Below are positions 49,795 to 62,554 of a stretch of DNA of 64,000 nt, piece by piece (positions within the stretch are counted from its first letter, which is position 1; each line of letters starts with the position of its first letter). Both the position numbers and the translations under genes were made by a program. The notes beneath the pieces were generated by a model. That model saw only the letters and a list, made by a program, of their open reading frames with translations. It searched no databases and was not told where the DNA came from. The stretch covers positions 11,594,001 to 11,658,000 of the forward strand of contig CM060733.1 of assembly GCA_030704615.1 (NCBI GenBank), in the 5' to 3' direction. The stretch comes from Takakia lepidozioides (Eukaryota; Plantae; Bryophyta).

Positions 49795-52700
49795 ATGCGT
49801 AGGCGTAGAATAGATGACCGTCTATGGCGAATGGAAGAAGCTTATGCCACAAGGAATGGGCATACAAAAATGCTATGCAACTGCGATGAGTGTCATGGAG
49901 GAAAAGTACTCTTGTTGGAAACAGTGAGGAATCATTACATGATACACGGGAGGGATCCTCTTCTCCAACGCTGTTCTCTTCCGGTAAGATCGTCACTTTC
50001 CCTTCAGCACTTTAGTTTGAATTTTGAATGCAACGATCCTCTTCTCCACATGTCGACATTTCGTTGGGTGATTGTAGTCAAGAAGTCATAAGATACAGAC
50101 GTGAGTATGACTACGCCACTTCCGTTATCATTTTAATTAATGCACATGTCGTGTTTTCATTGGTCATGTGTAGTCATGTAGTCATATATGACTAAGTAAG
50201 TGACTGCAACTATGACTTCAATGGTTACAAATGTCGTGTTTTGATTGGGTGTATATTCATAAGATACATACGTAAATATGACTGCATCACTGCAACGTCA
50301 CCGTGCCTCCTATGTCATAATATGAACAAGTGTCACATCGTTGTTGGTCCACTCACAAGATGACTATTGGGATGCAGGGATGTGAATATTCAGATGATGA
50401 AGACGAAGGCCCTGCGGCACAGCGGGAGCCCAATGTCACAGAGAACGCAGATGAGAGTGGTGGATTGGAGGTAGAAATGCAGCGTGCATTGCAGGAAGCG
50501 TTTCTCTTTGCAGATGCAAACAGAGAGGACCCCATTCATGGTGGAACCGATCACACATTTGCCGATCATGACGATGATCTCGACGATTCCGGAGACAATG
50601 AATTTGATGAGAATGCTCACCTGCACGTTGATCCCGAGTATGATAAACTCTTCCGAGCGTCGCAATGTCCACTTTTTGAAGGGTGCTCCATCAGCCGGCT
50701 GCAAGCAACTTTGACGTTGCTGAACGCATGCACTACCCACAAGTGCACCAATGCATTTGTGGATGAGCTTCTGGGATTGTTGCGTAAGAGTTTTTTGCCT
50801 AAAGAGAATTCATTGCCGAAAACTCACTATGAAGCAAAAACCATGATTGCCAAGATGGGATTGCAGTACACGATGATTCATGCCTGTGAGCGTGGTTGTG
50901 TACTCTTCCGTGGGGAGTATGAGAATGTAGACATTTGCCCAGTGTGCCGCAGTTCCCGTTACATTCCAGGTCGTGGAAGTGTGCCCAAGAAAGTATTGCG
51001 ACACTTCCCTGTCATTCCAAGGTTGAAACGTATGTACCGATGTAAATCGATCGCTAACCTCATGACATGGCACGACAGACATAAGAGCCAGGATGGGTTG
51101 GTTCGACATCCAGCTGATAGCAAAGCATGGAGACACATTGACACCACATTTGCGGATTTTGCTGCAGAGCCACGATCTCTGCGATTTGGATTGGCCTTAG
51201 ACGGTGTAAATCCCTACGGAGCTCAATCCACAAGTTGGAGCACATGGCCCGTTCTCTTGGTCAATTACAATCTGCCTCCGTGGTTAATGACCAAAAAGTT
51301 CTTTGTCATGTTAGCGCTACTGATTCCTGGTAAGGAGTCTGTTACCTCGGACAACGTAGATGTTTACCTGATGCCCCTAGTGGAAGAGCTATTGGAACTA
51401 TGGAGAGGGATTGCAGCTCATGATGTTTCCCGTCCTCGTGGTCAACGCGAATTCACACTGAGGGCAGTGTTGATGTGGTCAATCCATGACTACCCTGCAT
51501 ATGGCTTGCTCTCAGGTCAAGTGACGAAAGGTTATGCTGGTTGTCCAGCTTGTGGACCCGGGGTGACTTCACAGCAGTTACACACATGTGGAAAAATTGT
51601 TTTCCTAGGCCACCGAAGATTTTTGGCCCGCAATCATCCATATAGAAGGTCAAGAATGTTCAATGGCGCTACTGAGCATGGAACTCCTCCAAAAACGCAG
51701 ACTGGAACACAAATCAAGGACCTTGCAACAGCTCGCACTGCATGGGTGGAAAACGGAGGGACGCCAGATAGCAGGACAGACCCAGCAAAAACTCATGGAG
51801 TTAAGCGATTGTCAATTTTATATGTCTTACCTTATTGGGAGGTAATTCCTTCATGGCCTTTAAATTGGCTGTGTACATTTTTGCGTTTTCTGTTTAAATT
51901 GTGATGAGTAAATGCTCAATTGCTTATGTGTTCATTTTGTAGGGTCTCCTCATCCGCCACACGTTTGACGCAATGCATTGCGAGAAGAACTTGGCTGAAA
52001 ATATTATTAAAACTATCTTTGGTGAGAAAGACACATTGAAAGTTCGCCGTGATTTGGAGCTACTTGGGATGCGCCCGGAATTGTGGCTACAACGTGATCC
52101 TGACAGAGCAGATACGTTAATTATGCCTCCTGCCCCTTATGTCCTCACTGAGGCTGAGTTACAAGTCTTTCTGGAGATTGTGCAGAACTTGAAAGTGCCA
52201 ACAGGCTACGCATCAGCTTTCAAAAAGCATGTGGTGAAGAAGAAGTTGTCAGGCATGAAATCACATGACTATCATGTGCTCATGCAGCAAATTATACCGC
52301 TTGCTATCCGTGGGCTCATGCCAAGTGGTCCTCGAAGGGCCATTTTGCGAGTATGTCGTGTATTTAAGAAGTTGTGTGCAAAAGTGGTGAATCCTGTAGA
52401 GTATGAGGAATTGAGAACTGAAGCAGTTCTCACTCTGTGTCTTATAGAGTTCCCACCATCATTTTTTGATGTGATGACACATCTGGTTGTTCACCTAGTG
52501 GATGAGTTGTACTTATGCGGGCCCGTAGCATCTCGTTGGATGTACCCCATGGAGCGGGCAATGAAAGATATGAAGGGCTACGTAAGAAACATGGCAAGGC
52601 CCGAGGGGAGCATGGCAGAAGGATACCAATTTGAAGAAGCATTGGGTTTTTGCACAGAGTATATGGCAGGATTTGATGGAAGTGTACGAAGGGTGTGGGA

Positions 52701-53916
52701 TGCAGATGAGGCAGAATCTGTGGAACGTGAAGTTGTGGAAGGAAGTTCTAAAGCCCGAAAATTGAATGACCTGTGTGATATTGTACATGAGTACATCATT
52801 CAGAACCATCCTCGTCTATCAGTCATGTTGGGGTAAGAAATCTACTTCATTGACATTCAGATTTCCAAGTTTTAGTCATTTATCATTAGTTGGCATATGG
52901 CGTCTTTTCAAATCTCCCACGCCACCTCTGTCAATCTCCTGGCTGACCCTCGGATTGTGACAGGATATATGAAGCAGAGTCCACACGGATAGAAGCCAGA
53001 CGACGCTTGTTTCGTGAGGAGCAAGGGCTGGAAGGCATGAGCAATCCCACGGCAATTCAGTACCCTCCTGATTTGCATCCTTGTCCTCCATTTGCTGTTT
53101 GGCTCCCTCAAGGTGTACGGGATCATCTCTCAATTCAATCAGATGGGCTTGATCCTACAACACGTGAGGAATTACTGGATCTTTCAAGGCCTCCATCATT
53201 TACTGCCCTGTCATTCAAGAGTATGACAGCGTATGGTAACCATTACAGGGTTACATCCCCCGGCATGAACACAACAAGTATGGTGTCTTTTGATTGTGGA
53301 GTCTCATCTGTTTTCCAGCACCAGCCCATTACCAACAATTCAGGCAATGACATGGAGGAACCTACAAGATATGTGGGTCTTATAAGGGAGATTTTGCAAA
53401 TTGACTATGGCCAAACACAGCCTATAGTTTTTGTGTTCGTGGGTACGGGCGAGTCGCGTGGGTCGTCAACCTATGTCAATGAAGCAGGATGATGCTGGCT
53501 TCACACTTGTCAATTTTAACCGTATGCTTCCACCTTCTGAGCAACCTTTTGTGTTTCCTGGCCAGGTTGATCAAGTGTTTTTTTCTGATTGTGTGAAGGA
53601 GCCGGGGTGGAAAGTCGTCCTGGAGAAGAGCCCCCGAGCACGTAGAGTGGTCTGCGACATATCAATTGATAATGATGATGTGGCGGAAGTGGAAGGATTG
53701 TTAGCCCCACAAAGACTAGAGGAGACTGTGGTTACTGATGGCCCAACATGCAGCCGAGCGGTACCGGTTACTCCAGAGCAGGTGGCCTCCTTGTACCTCC
53801 GAGCACCCCGTATACGTGGTGATGATGTTCAGCCAACCCTTGGAGAAGATGCAGTCTGTGATGAAGACAGTGATACATGTAGTGACCCAGACATAGATGA
53901 GGATGATGAAGATTAG
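49795..53916 (+). CDS. CACTA TnpD/Tnp2 transposase (Transposase_21 with DUF4218/DUF4216-like domains), slightly decayed
   Basis: Exons ~49795-49983 (CNCDEC..H zinc motif), ~50378-51841 (IHACERGC, RHPADSKAW, LALDGVNP, STWPVLLVNYNLPPW, SIHDYPAY), 51943-52832 (MHCEKN, GMKSHDYH, FFDVMTHL, RWMYPMER), ~52964-53916 (QPFVFPGQVDQVFF). Frameshift at ~53430. Confidence 0.93.
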
Positions 53917-54267
53917 ATATGCGCGATTTGTGCACTCCAGTTATAGACCATGCATGATAGTTTAAGGTGGTAACACTCCCTTCGCATTCCCATTAAGATA
54001 TCATGCTTGGACACTGGATTTTATGATCAATTATGGAGTGCTTTCCTTTCAGCACCCTTTATTCATTTGTTGTTGCAATTGGCTTTGGACCAACCCGTGC
54101 TGGTACCATTGCCATGGGTTCTGCCTGCAATGTTTTCTTGCCATGGATTCGGCACACGCCACGAAAGGCCATCCAGACCATCCTCTGGAAATGCTCCAAT
54201 GTTGTTTCAAACATCTCCACATTGCAATGGATACAACACTGACATTAGATGAGTGAAAGTGAGACTA

Positions 54268-54415
54268 GACCTCCAGCCAGCCGGCTTTCCCACATCAAAT
54301 TGAAGGGGATCTGTAGATTATAGATAACGGCTGTTGCCTTCTCAATGTCTTTTCCAATGACCTCTGCAATGAACTGGGGTATAAGATCCTTCAAATCACA
54401 AGTTTGAGCATCACG
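54268..54415 (-). pseudogene. RPS3A: Captured fragment of 40S ribosomal protein S3a (eS1), copy 1
   Basis: RDAQTCDLKDLIPQFIAEVIGKDIEKATAVIYNLQ..FDVGK, matching eS1 SCDLKELVxKFIPExIGxEIEKATxGIYPLQ..PKFDxGKLM. Confidence 0.8.
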
Positions 54416-54990
54416 CACAAGCCACTTACGGGGATAGAGTTTCCAATGCGAACCATTGGTCTTTTATTGATAGCATTGTTGTAAAATACATGGACCAACA
54501 TGGTCAATTTCGGGAATGACATATAGTACGCTTTCATGTACTATGTAAGCATGCAACTATGTACCAGTGACGTGGCTTGTTTGCCCATTCAGCCAGCTCC
54601 ACATTGTCATGGATTTTGCATGCTGGATTGTGAGGCCATCCACACCGTCCTCTGGAAATGCTATCATGGGGTTTCAGCTATGTCCACATTTCCCTGGATT
54701 ATGCCTGCACGAAGCAAGGCCAACTGCATTCAGCACCCTCCACTTTATTATAGTATTGCAGCAACATTCAAAGCACTTCAATTTGTATCCATCGAAAACA
54801 TCTAGGCTGGAAAAAGACATTGTTGCAGCAGAACTTAGGAAATTACTTCTCCCCTTCCACTACACACGTGAAATGAAAGAAGCCAACCAACAGCATACCA
54901 GCCAAGAAAAGAGCCAATATATGCAGTGAAGGTCGACACTAAATGAAACTTATCCAACACTTACATTAGAGGAGGGAAGCTAAGTCTTAC

Positions 54991-55095
54991 CTCCATAAGC
55001 TTGCCCACATCAAATTGGGAGCTTTCAGAATTTCTCCTTTCCGGTTGAATGAACTTGGCTACAAGATCCTTCAAATCGCAAGTTTGAGCTTCACA
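54991..55095 (-). pseudogene. RPS3A: Captured RPS3a fragment, copy 2 (internally deleted)
   Basis: EAQTCDLKDLVAKFI...ILKAP/FDVGKLME followed by a GTAAG donor-like sequence. Confidence 0.8.
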
Positions 55096-56517
55096 CACAA
55101 TGAACTTGCAGGGATTGAGCTTCCAATGCGAACCAGGAGTCTTATATTGATAGCATTGTTGTAAAACACATGGACCAACAATGACAGTCTCTGGAATGAC
55201 ATATAGTACAGTAATGACATATAGTACAGCATGCCGCTTCCAGTTGACCATCTACCCATGTAGGTTTCTTGTACCTATCCTTCCACAGGGAATCATAGGT
55301 AATGTGGAGCTTGAAATCCAGCCCTCTTGGATGAATGTGGACCCACACTCTATCCCTGCTCCTTCAGCTATCCATGCCTCTGACAGCCTACAATTCTACC
55401 AGCAAACACCCCAACCATACTGGTGTGGAGTTCTTCCCCAAAACACCCCAACCCTACTTATCACAATCTGAAATGCATCTGCTTCTCTCTGTAGTCCAAC
55501 AGGCATTCGCCTTTTTGTCTCCATTGTCCCACCATTGGGGTCGGAAAGTGTTCACCCCAAAACTTCTCCTCACCTCTATTATATGTTTTTGGATACTTCC
55601 TTGCTGCCACACTGGCAGTAACTTGCCAAAGTCACTCCAAACCACCACAGATGTACCCAACGACCTAACTTACAGAATTCAATATGCATCTTGCGGCCGA
55701 GTCTGATGAGAGGGCAACACAGGCTGAAATAGGTTGAAGAAGAAGGTGCCCTACCACATTGTCCTTGACCTGTCCTGACCCATGGAGGATTTGACCGATG
55801 ACCTCTTGTGTGTGCTGCTTGTGTCTGTAGTCAGGTAATGTCGGATTGGTCTGTCAGATCGAACCACTACGGCGTAGATGAGTAGTCAGAGATTGAAACA
55901 CGCTTGCTAAGACCAAGCTGACTCTCCCAAGAACGGCGAGCTCGCTTGTCCTCGTCTCGTCTCCTCCTTCTCTTCTCCTTCGTGCATCATTTGCTCAACG
56001 CCTCCATCCCACGCCCCTGCATATCCTGCTATCATCGCGTTCCATCCCTCAGCTATGTGGTGTGGCACAGGAGACAAAAAGACGCCAAGTCCCAGCCCTC
56101 CTTTCTGTTCACGATTACACTAATGGGCAACCTTATTAGCAAAAAATTTAACTTTTTTAAACCTAATGGGCAACCTTATTTGCATTATATGTGCCTTCAA
56201 AATGACACGTGTAGTGATGTAGTCGTATAAATAGAGCTCTGAAACCATCTTCAGTCATGGAGTCATAAGATTCCATGAAACGTCGTCCACGTGTAGTCAA
56301 ACATATCACACTAGTCATATAAACCATCCCTGTCATCATGGTCAACAATGTTTGACCAATGCTCCCTAACTTTCCGGAGTCATGTAGTGATATCCATTAC
56401 TACAAAGTCATAAAACTAAAACTGTAATGCATTTCAGCGCTCTGTAGTCATGTACCTAGTGCAGTTTTTATGACTCCGCCAAACCCGTAGTCCTAAAAAC
56501 GCTCATCTCTTGTAGTG

Positions 56518-57294
56518 TGGGGACATGTAGCGCTCTTTCGTCTTCTCTGCCAAGATTGGAATGGCCTCATTCACAAATGTCCGTCGAGAAGGGAAAACAA
56601 TCCGAGGATTTTGCCTCAACACCATCCTTCTTAGCCAAGGGGATTCTACCAAAGACAGTGGAACCAACTCCTTTGCAATGAACAAGACTAAATCCTCATT
56701 GAACTGCTTCTGTTGATCATCATTTTGGTTGTATGGAGTGGAGCTCCCAAAAAAAAAAACTATGTTTCCAGGAGTGGGGCCGGGCCTCTTTTTCGCTGGC
56801 CTACGGGCCTTCTCAGGTCCTTCATTTTCCCTCTCAATCCACCTACGCAAAACAATGTCATGTTCTTGATCCACATGCTTTCGAAGGGCAGAGATACCAT
56901 TGGTTTTATTATAGGTCACAATGCCCTTCTTGCTTGCAGGAGTGACACCAACAGGATGACATAGAACACACCTCATTTGTTGTGGATTTGTTATGTCCAC
57001 TGGAGCAGAGTCTTTTGTTGCATAGAATGCCCATGTCGAAGCAGTGCGATTGTGGGGCTTCCAAAAATCCCGTTGTTTTTCAACTACTGGGAGCTGCGCC
57101 TCCACATCCAACACCGTGTGTGATGGCGAATCTGTGGAAGATGACATTGCAGCCGAGGCTTGAGGAGCTGATGTAAATGAGGCTGCATGATGAGCATCCT
57201 CCGCAACATGGCACTCCACCAAAGCTCTCTCATTATCAACATTGATGTCAGGAACAACTTCCCTTTCTAGTTCATCGAAAATATTGGGCTCCAT
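56518..57294 (-). mobile_element. hAT transposase N-terminal part (BED zinc finger), cut by the CACTA insertion
   Basis: WAFY..CVLCH...TNGISALRKHVDQEH (BED finger), DLVLFIAKELVPLSLVESPWLR..FPSR. The frame runs directly into CACTACAAG. Confidence 0.85.
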
Positions 57295-57478
57295 CACATA
57301 AAAAGCTTGTGGAACAACTCCTGTGTAAAAACAATGCAAACAAAGAATCCAAAAGGCATTTAATAATTGGACACAACTCATATATTTACAAAAGTTTGGA
57401 ATGGTATATGGCTGGCCAAAACGAAAGTGTGGGGAGAGACACCGCACTGCTCAATTTATTATTTCATATTGAGCTGAA

Positions 57479-60400
57479 TGTTACGTACATTGTCGCGCAC
57501 CTCACTTCGGTAAGCTCCCCTTCAAGTCATAGTTACTCGCTTTGATGCGCGCGCCTGACTCCCAACCTGGCCGCCCGGGCCAACTTGGAGCTTCGGCTGC
57601 TCACCGGGACATAACGGTCCCCCCTTCGCTTCCCACTAAACCCTCCACCTAATTGGGACTAGGAGAATTCCCTTTGGTAGATGGCAGTCCGGAACAGCTC
57701 CCCACTCTTTGGTCGCTTTCCGGCTCGCTCGCTTACTCACTAGTTTTTGGTCACCAACGGGCTTGCACCGTTCTCGGGGTTACTATTCCCTATATATACT
57801 TCTGTAGCTGTCCGCGGGGGTTTCACAACCAGCCATGCCATTTTATAGCGAACCACCACGAAGACCCTCGATTCCCAGTGGTGAGTCGCGGTGAGTCTTG
57901 GCCCACTCACCGCGGCCCCAATGGACCGTGATGAGTCCCAAGAGCCCCTCTTGTGTCCCGACCTCCCTGCCCTCAAGGCAAAGGGCCGCGACACACACCC
58001 CTACCAACAGGGAGTCGATGTCCTCATCGACTTGTCCATTTTGTAGAAACGAACATCCAAGTTGTGGCGTCCCACATCAAGGAGTTTGTTTCCGTACCAT
58101 GGCGTCCCATGGCAAAGAACCAAACCCCACACTTGACTCTACTCTCCACTAGCTAGTTCGGCCGACTTCCTCCAAGTCCCGGCCAAGGGTGGAGCCTCTC
58201 CAGCTCCTCCCAGTGCACTCTTCTTGGCCTACTTCAAGGCCAAGGAACGATCCTCCCCGAGGATCGAATCGCCTTACTGCAACAACATTGCTTGCGACCG
58301 CTCATGATGCCGCTTTTGGCATCACCTTGAGCAAGGGTTCCCTGGAACCCTCTTTGACTAGGAAGATAACCTTGAATCAACCGTGCGCCCCAATCACTAC
58401 AATTGGGTCCGTCTTGGAATGCTGGCCTGAGGTACGGGAACATGCCGAAGCCGCACTACGATTTCGTCCCGAGGCTACACGATTATAGTACGTGAACGGA
58501 AGCACGTAGCTTCTGCGTTAGCCCGCACTACAAGGCAACCCCCTCGGTAGCGCAGTTATAGTATGCGCACGCGCCAGGTGTGCACTAGCACGTGAACTCC
58601 CAAAGAAGGCGCAAGTTTCCTTGCCCCTTGGATGGGGGTCACCCGATTTCGGCACTACGCAAACACACGATTAACCCAATTTACCTCTCCCACTTTTATA
58701 AGCTAGCATGCATTCTACACACTAGCCAACCATTCCATGCATCACCATTCCAAACAAAATAGGAAGCACAACATTTGGAATCCATTTCATTTATAGCACG
58801 TTTTGTACAATACAAGTTTTTTTTTGCAATCGGATTCCTAAGCTAGCTAAGCCGGGCTAAGCATGCATTTCCTCCCCCACGCTCCAAGGTTGATGTCCCC
58901 ATCAACGCTTCTTCCGCTTTTGAGGTCGCCCTTCGAAAGCTGCAACCGCCTCGGATGCGTTTCCCATTTCTGAGGCACGCACCCAAGATGCCTCCACATG
59001 AAGATAGCCCTTCCATTTGACGAGATACTCTGTTTCTCGGTTCTTGAACCTCCTCGACTTAAGTATTGCCTCCACCTCGTACTCAGGTTCATTTTCATGA
59101 TCCAATAGCATAGGTGGCGGACGCAACACTTGATGCCGATTCGGACGCGCTTCATCTTTGAAGTAAGGCTTCAAAAGGGAGACATGGAATACTGGGTGCA
59201 CCTTGCTGTTTGCCGGCAGCTCCAATTCATACACATCCTCATTCATAACCTTCCGAATGCGAAAGGGTCCCGCATACGGAGATACGAACTTTGGACTCAC
59301 TTCCAGAGGTAGTCGGAAATTCTTGATGTTCAACCAGACCTCTGTGCCTGCCTCAAACTTCACTTCCCTCCGCTTCCGATTTGCCTGCCTTTCATACCGT
59401 TTCCTAGCTTTGGCAATGTTGTACTTTGCGAGCTTCAACAAATGCTCGCGTTCTTCCAATACTGCCGCTACTGCCAGTTCCTCAACGTCCTGGGCGGCCC
59501 AACTTGTCGGCACCAGAGGTGCTTTTCCATAGACCAATACGAAAGGGGAAACTCCCGTTGCGGAGTGTTCTGTGTTATTATAACAGAACTCTGCCGCGTC
59601 TAAGTGTTCCATCCAGTCTGATTGGTCTGCCGACACGTAATTCTGCAAGAATTGCGTCACTACGGAATTCACTCTTTCCGTTTGGCCGTCCGTCGTAGGT
59701 CGGAAGGCGGTGCTCATCTTCAGCCTCGTCCCCATCTTCTTCCAAAGTGTCCTCCAAAATTTACTCGTAAACTTTGGATCGCGATCCGAGACAATATCCT
59801 TCGGGACTCCATGATGTTTTAAGACGTGGGCAAAGTAAAGTCGCCCTGTCTCCTGCGCCGTTGCCGTCTCCTTGGTGGGGATGAAATGGCCCATTTTACT
59901 GAACCTATCCACCACCACCATGATTGCATCGAATCCTTTTGTCAGCGGCATAGCAGTCATGAAATCCATCGAGACGCTTTCCCAAGTCCCCTCTGGAATC
60001 AGCAAGGGTTGTAACAGCCCCGCTTGCTTTTTGTACTCGCTCCGGTTTTGTTGGCATGTGGTGCATGTCTTGACATACTCCTCTGCCTCCTCCCTCAGTT
60101 TGGGCTATAAATACTCTTTCTTCAGGAGTGCCGCAGTGCGCTTGGCTCCGCCGTGGCCCACAAGCGGGCTATCATGGCATTCTCTCAAGAGGCTATCTCT
60201 GATCCCTCCCTTGTCGGAGGCTCCCAGTCCAAGATCGCCCTCACCTTTCTGTCATCCATTTTGATCCCATCCTGTGTAATCACATGCCCCAAGAACTCCA
60301 CTTTCGTGACCCCGAATTCGCACTTTGAAGCTTTGGCATACAGCTTCCCTTCTCGCAATTTTTGGAACACCCTTTTGAGGTGCTCCAGGTGCTCCTCCTT

Positions 60401-61225
60401 TGTTTTCGAGTACACCAAGATGTCGTCGATGTACACGATCACAAAGTCATCCAACCACTCCTGAAAAAAGCTGTTCATCAGCGTGCTAAATGTCGCTGGT
60501 GCATTGGTGAGCCCAAAAGGCATCACCAAGAACTCATATGAACCATACCTTGTCCTGCACGCGGTCTTCTCCTCATCTCCTTCCGCCACCCGAATTTGGT
60601 GATAGCCGGAGCGCAAGTCGATCCGGCTGAAATACTTTGCTCCTGCCAACTGATCGAAGAGGTCGTCGATCCCTGGCAAAGGGTACCGGTTTTTGATAGT
60701 CACCTTATTCAGAGCCCTGTAATCGACACACATCCGCAGCGTCCCATCCTTCTTGTCTGCAAATAGCACCGGGGCTCCGTAAGGTGACTTACTCGGCCGG
60801 ATGTACCCCTTTGACATTAGATCCTTGAGCTGAGTCTTCAGCTCGACCAACTCTCTGTGGCTCAACCGGTAGGGCGCCTTGGCAGGCGGTTCCGATCCCG
60901 GTATCACCTCAATCTTGTGGTCAACTCCTCTTCGCGGTGGCAAGCCGCTTGGTAAATCCTCCGGCATCACATTCCTGGTATTTCTCCAAAATCCCCTTGA
61001 TCCAATCTGGGCTCGGCTCCCCATCGCCTTCTCCTTTCACTTCTCTAATGTAAAGCACAAACTGGGGCTCGTGTGCCTGCTCCACGGCCCACTCCTTTGC
61101 TGACAGAAGGTTTATTCGCCCTCCCACGGATTTGGGCGTTTCAGACACTCGTAAAACCTCGCCACCATTCCCACATGGCAGCGTGACTACTCTCTTGCGG
61201 CCATCTATGACCGCTCCAAAGCTGA
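57479..61225 (-). mobile_element. Defective Ty3/Gypsy chromovirus: protease end-RT-(RNase H deleted)-integrase-chromodomain plus 3' LTR
   Basis: RT ([26 protein letters not shown]) 60185-61024. Integrase with HHCC, SMDF, IVSDRDPKF, DGQTER, GPF motif and chromodomain (EYEVEAIL..YLVKWKGY..SW) 58902-~60200. PPT GGGGGAGGAAA at ~58868-58878. LTR ~57479-58867 (boundary uncertain). gag and 5' LTR absent. Confidence 0.92.
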
Positions 61226-61599
61226 AAATAAAACCCAGATTGAGGGCAACATACAAAACGTTAAAAAAAAATTGCAATCACACATGCTCATGCAAACTAT
61301 GTATTGCTCATAAATTAGTGAAGGTCTTTGTATATTAAGGCTGAATTGTAACAAATGGGACAAAAGCTGCCAGATGCCATGACAAAAACTGAAGGGCATT
61401 TGTTATTTCATTTGTAAGTACATTCTTTTTCTTTTTTCTTTTTGAAAACTCTCCAACTCTCCTTCTTTGTAAGGGCCAATCTCTACCACCTTCGGACTTG
61501 AGTTCAGGTAATAAAGACTAGTTGTGCCCTCCCCTGAGTAGTGTTCCTAATCGCAGTATTGCTCTGCCAGCTACTCTGACTGGAATGGTATCAGTTTTG

Positions 61600-61849
61600 G
61601 GTATGTCTAGAACCCTAAACCCTAAGTTCTACATACACCCTAGGTCAAAATACCTTACTAATCCGGGTATAGATTGTAGTGCTAACCTTAATATAGGGTA
61701 CATATATATATACATACTCACCTCCCAACCGTCGGTTATCCATTTGCTCTGTTTTGTAAAAATACCATGTATGCGGTTATGTATACCTACTAACCGGGGT
61801 GATAACCAACTCACTAACCGGGGTAGAGTGCTATACCCGGCCAACACTG
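61600..61849 (-). mobile_element. hAT terminus (CAGTGTTGGCCGGGTAT), possibly the 5' end of the hAT at 56518-57294
   Basis: ccaacactg ends at 61849, with accggggt subterminal repeats and flank gtggacac. Confidence 0.55.
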
Positions 61850-61865
61850 GTGGACACCTTCATGA

Positions 61866-61928
61866 CGGTGGTTTGAACCCACAACCACATCCAATGTGGT
61901 ATGAGCCCATTACCACTGGGTTATATGT
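61866..61928 (-). mobile_element. Degenerate tRNA-derived SINE head
   Basis: Minus strand taacccagtggtaa (A box) ... ggttcaaacc (B box). Confidence 0.45.
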
Positions 61929-61994
61929 TGGTTGTCTCTTCATTTAGAAAACTACGTTGAGCAGATGCCCCATGCAGTGTAGGAACATCCTGAC

Positions 61995-62554
61995 CAGTGT
62001 TGTATTGGTATGTGCAAGGGTATAGGTAAGGGTATGCCAAAACCAACCCGGCTGGTATCTCACTATTGGCAACTTTTGCAAGAGGTGCGCTCCGTATATA
62101 TAACTTATTGCTATGTTAAATGTTAGCCAACTTCCCTCTTTGGCTTTCTTCCTTTCTTACTTTAGTCATTTTATTTGTCATTGTGGATAAATCTCTCATG
62201 TACCTGGAGCATTTTAGCATTACCTATCTATTACTCATCTTTATTAAAGGTTCTCATCTTCATTTGGATGTCATGTGGGAATTGATTATTTTTAACAAAA
62301 ATCATTGAGAAATGCCCATTCAATATATTATATGTAACCGCCAATTGCATATATATCCGCCAATTTTAAGACACCTCTAACTGTCCTATTTATAACCGTC
62401 TAAATTTGAAGAATTTTTGTAGAATAGATAACCGATGGATATACTAAAATAAAAAAATTATCCTTATACATAACCATGGAGTGTGTTCATCCCAAAAATA
62501 TTGAAGTAACCTTAACCGACAGATATGTAAAATTCTTATAACCAGCCAACAGTG
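61995..62554. mobile_element. Degenerate hAT MITE / fused hAT ends
   Basis: cagtgttg at 61995 and ccaacagtg at ~62546-62554, with taaccg repeats; the flanks are not a matching TSD. Confidence 0.45.

Larger units (their letters stand above)
43850..56517. mobile_element. CACTA (En/Spm) DNA transposon; right TIR intact, left terminus not found
   Basis: CACTACAAGAG TIR on the minus strand ending at 56517, with gtagtca/atgact subterminal repeats 56210-56500. Contains TnpD- and TnpA-like genes. The left boundary is approximate (ttccgacgg/ttcgtcggaa motifs at 43855-44020). Confidence 0.8.
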
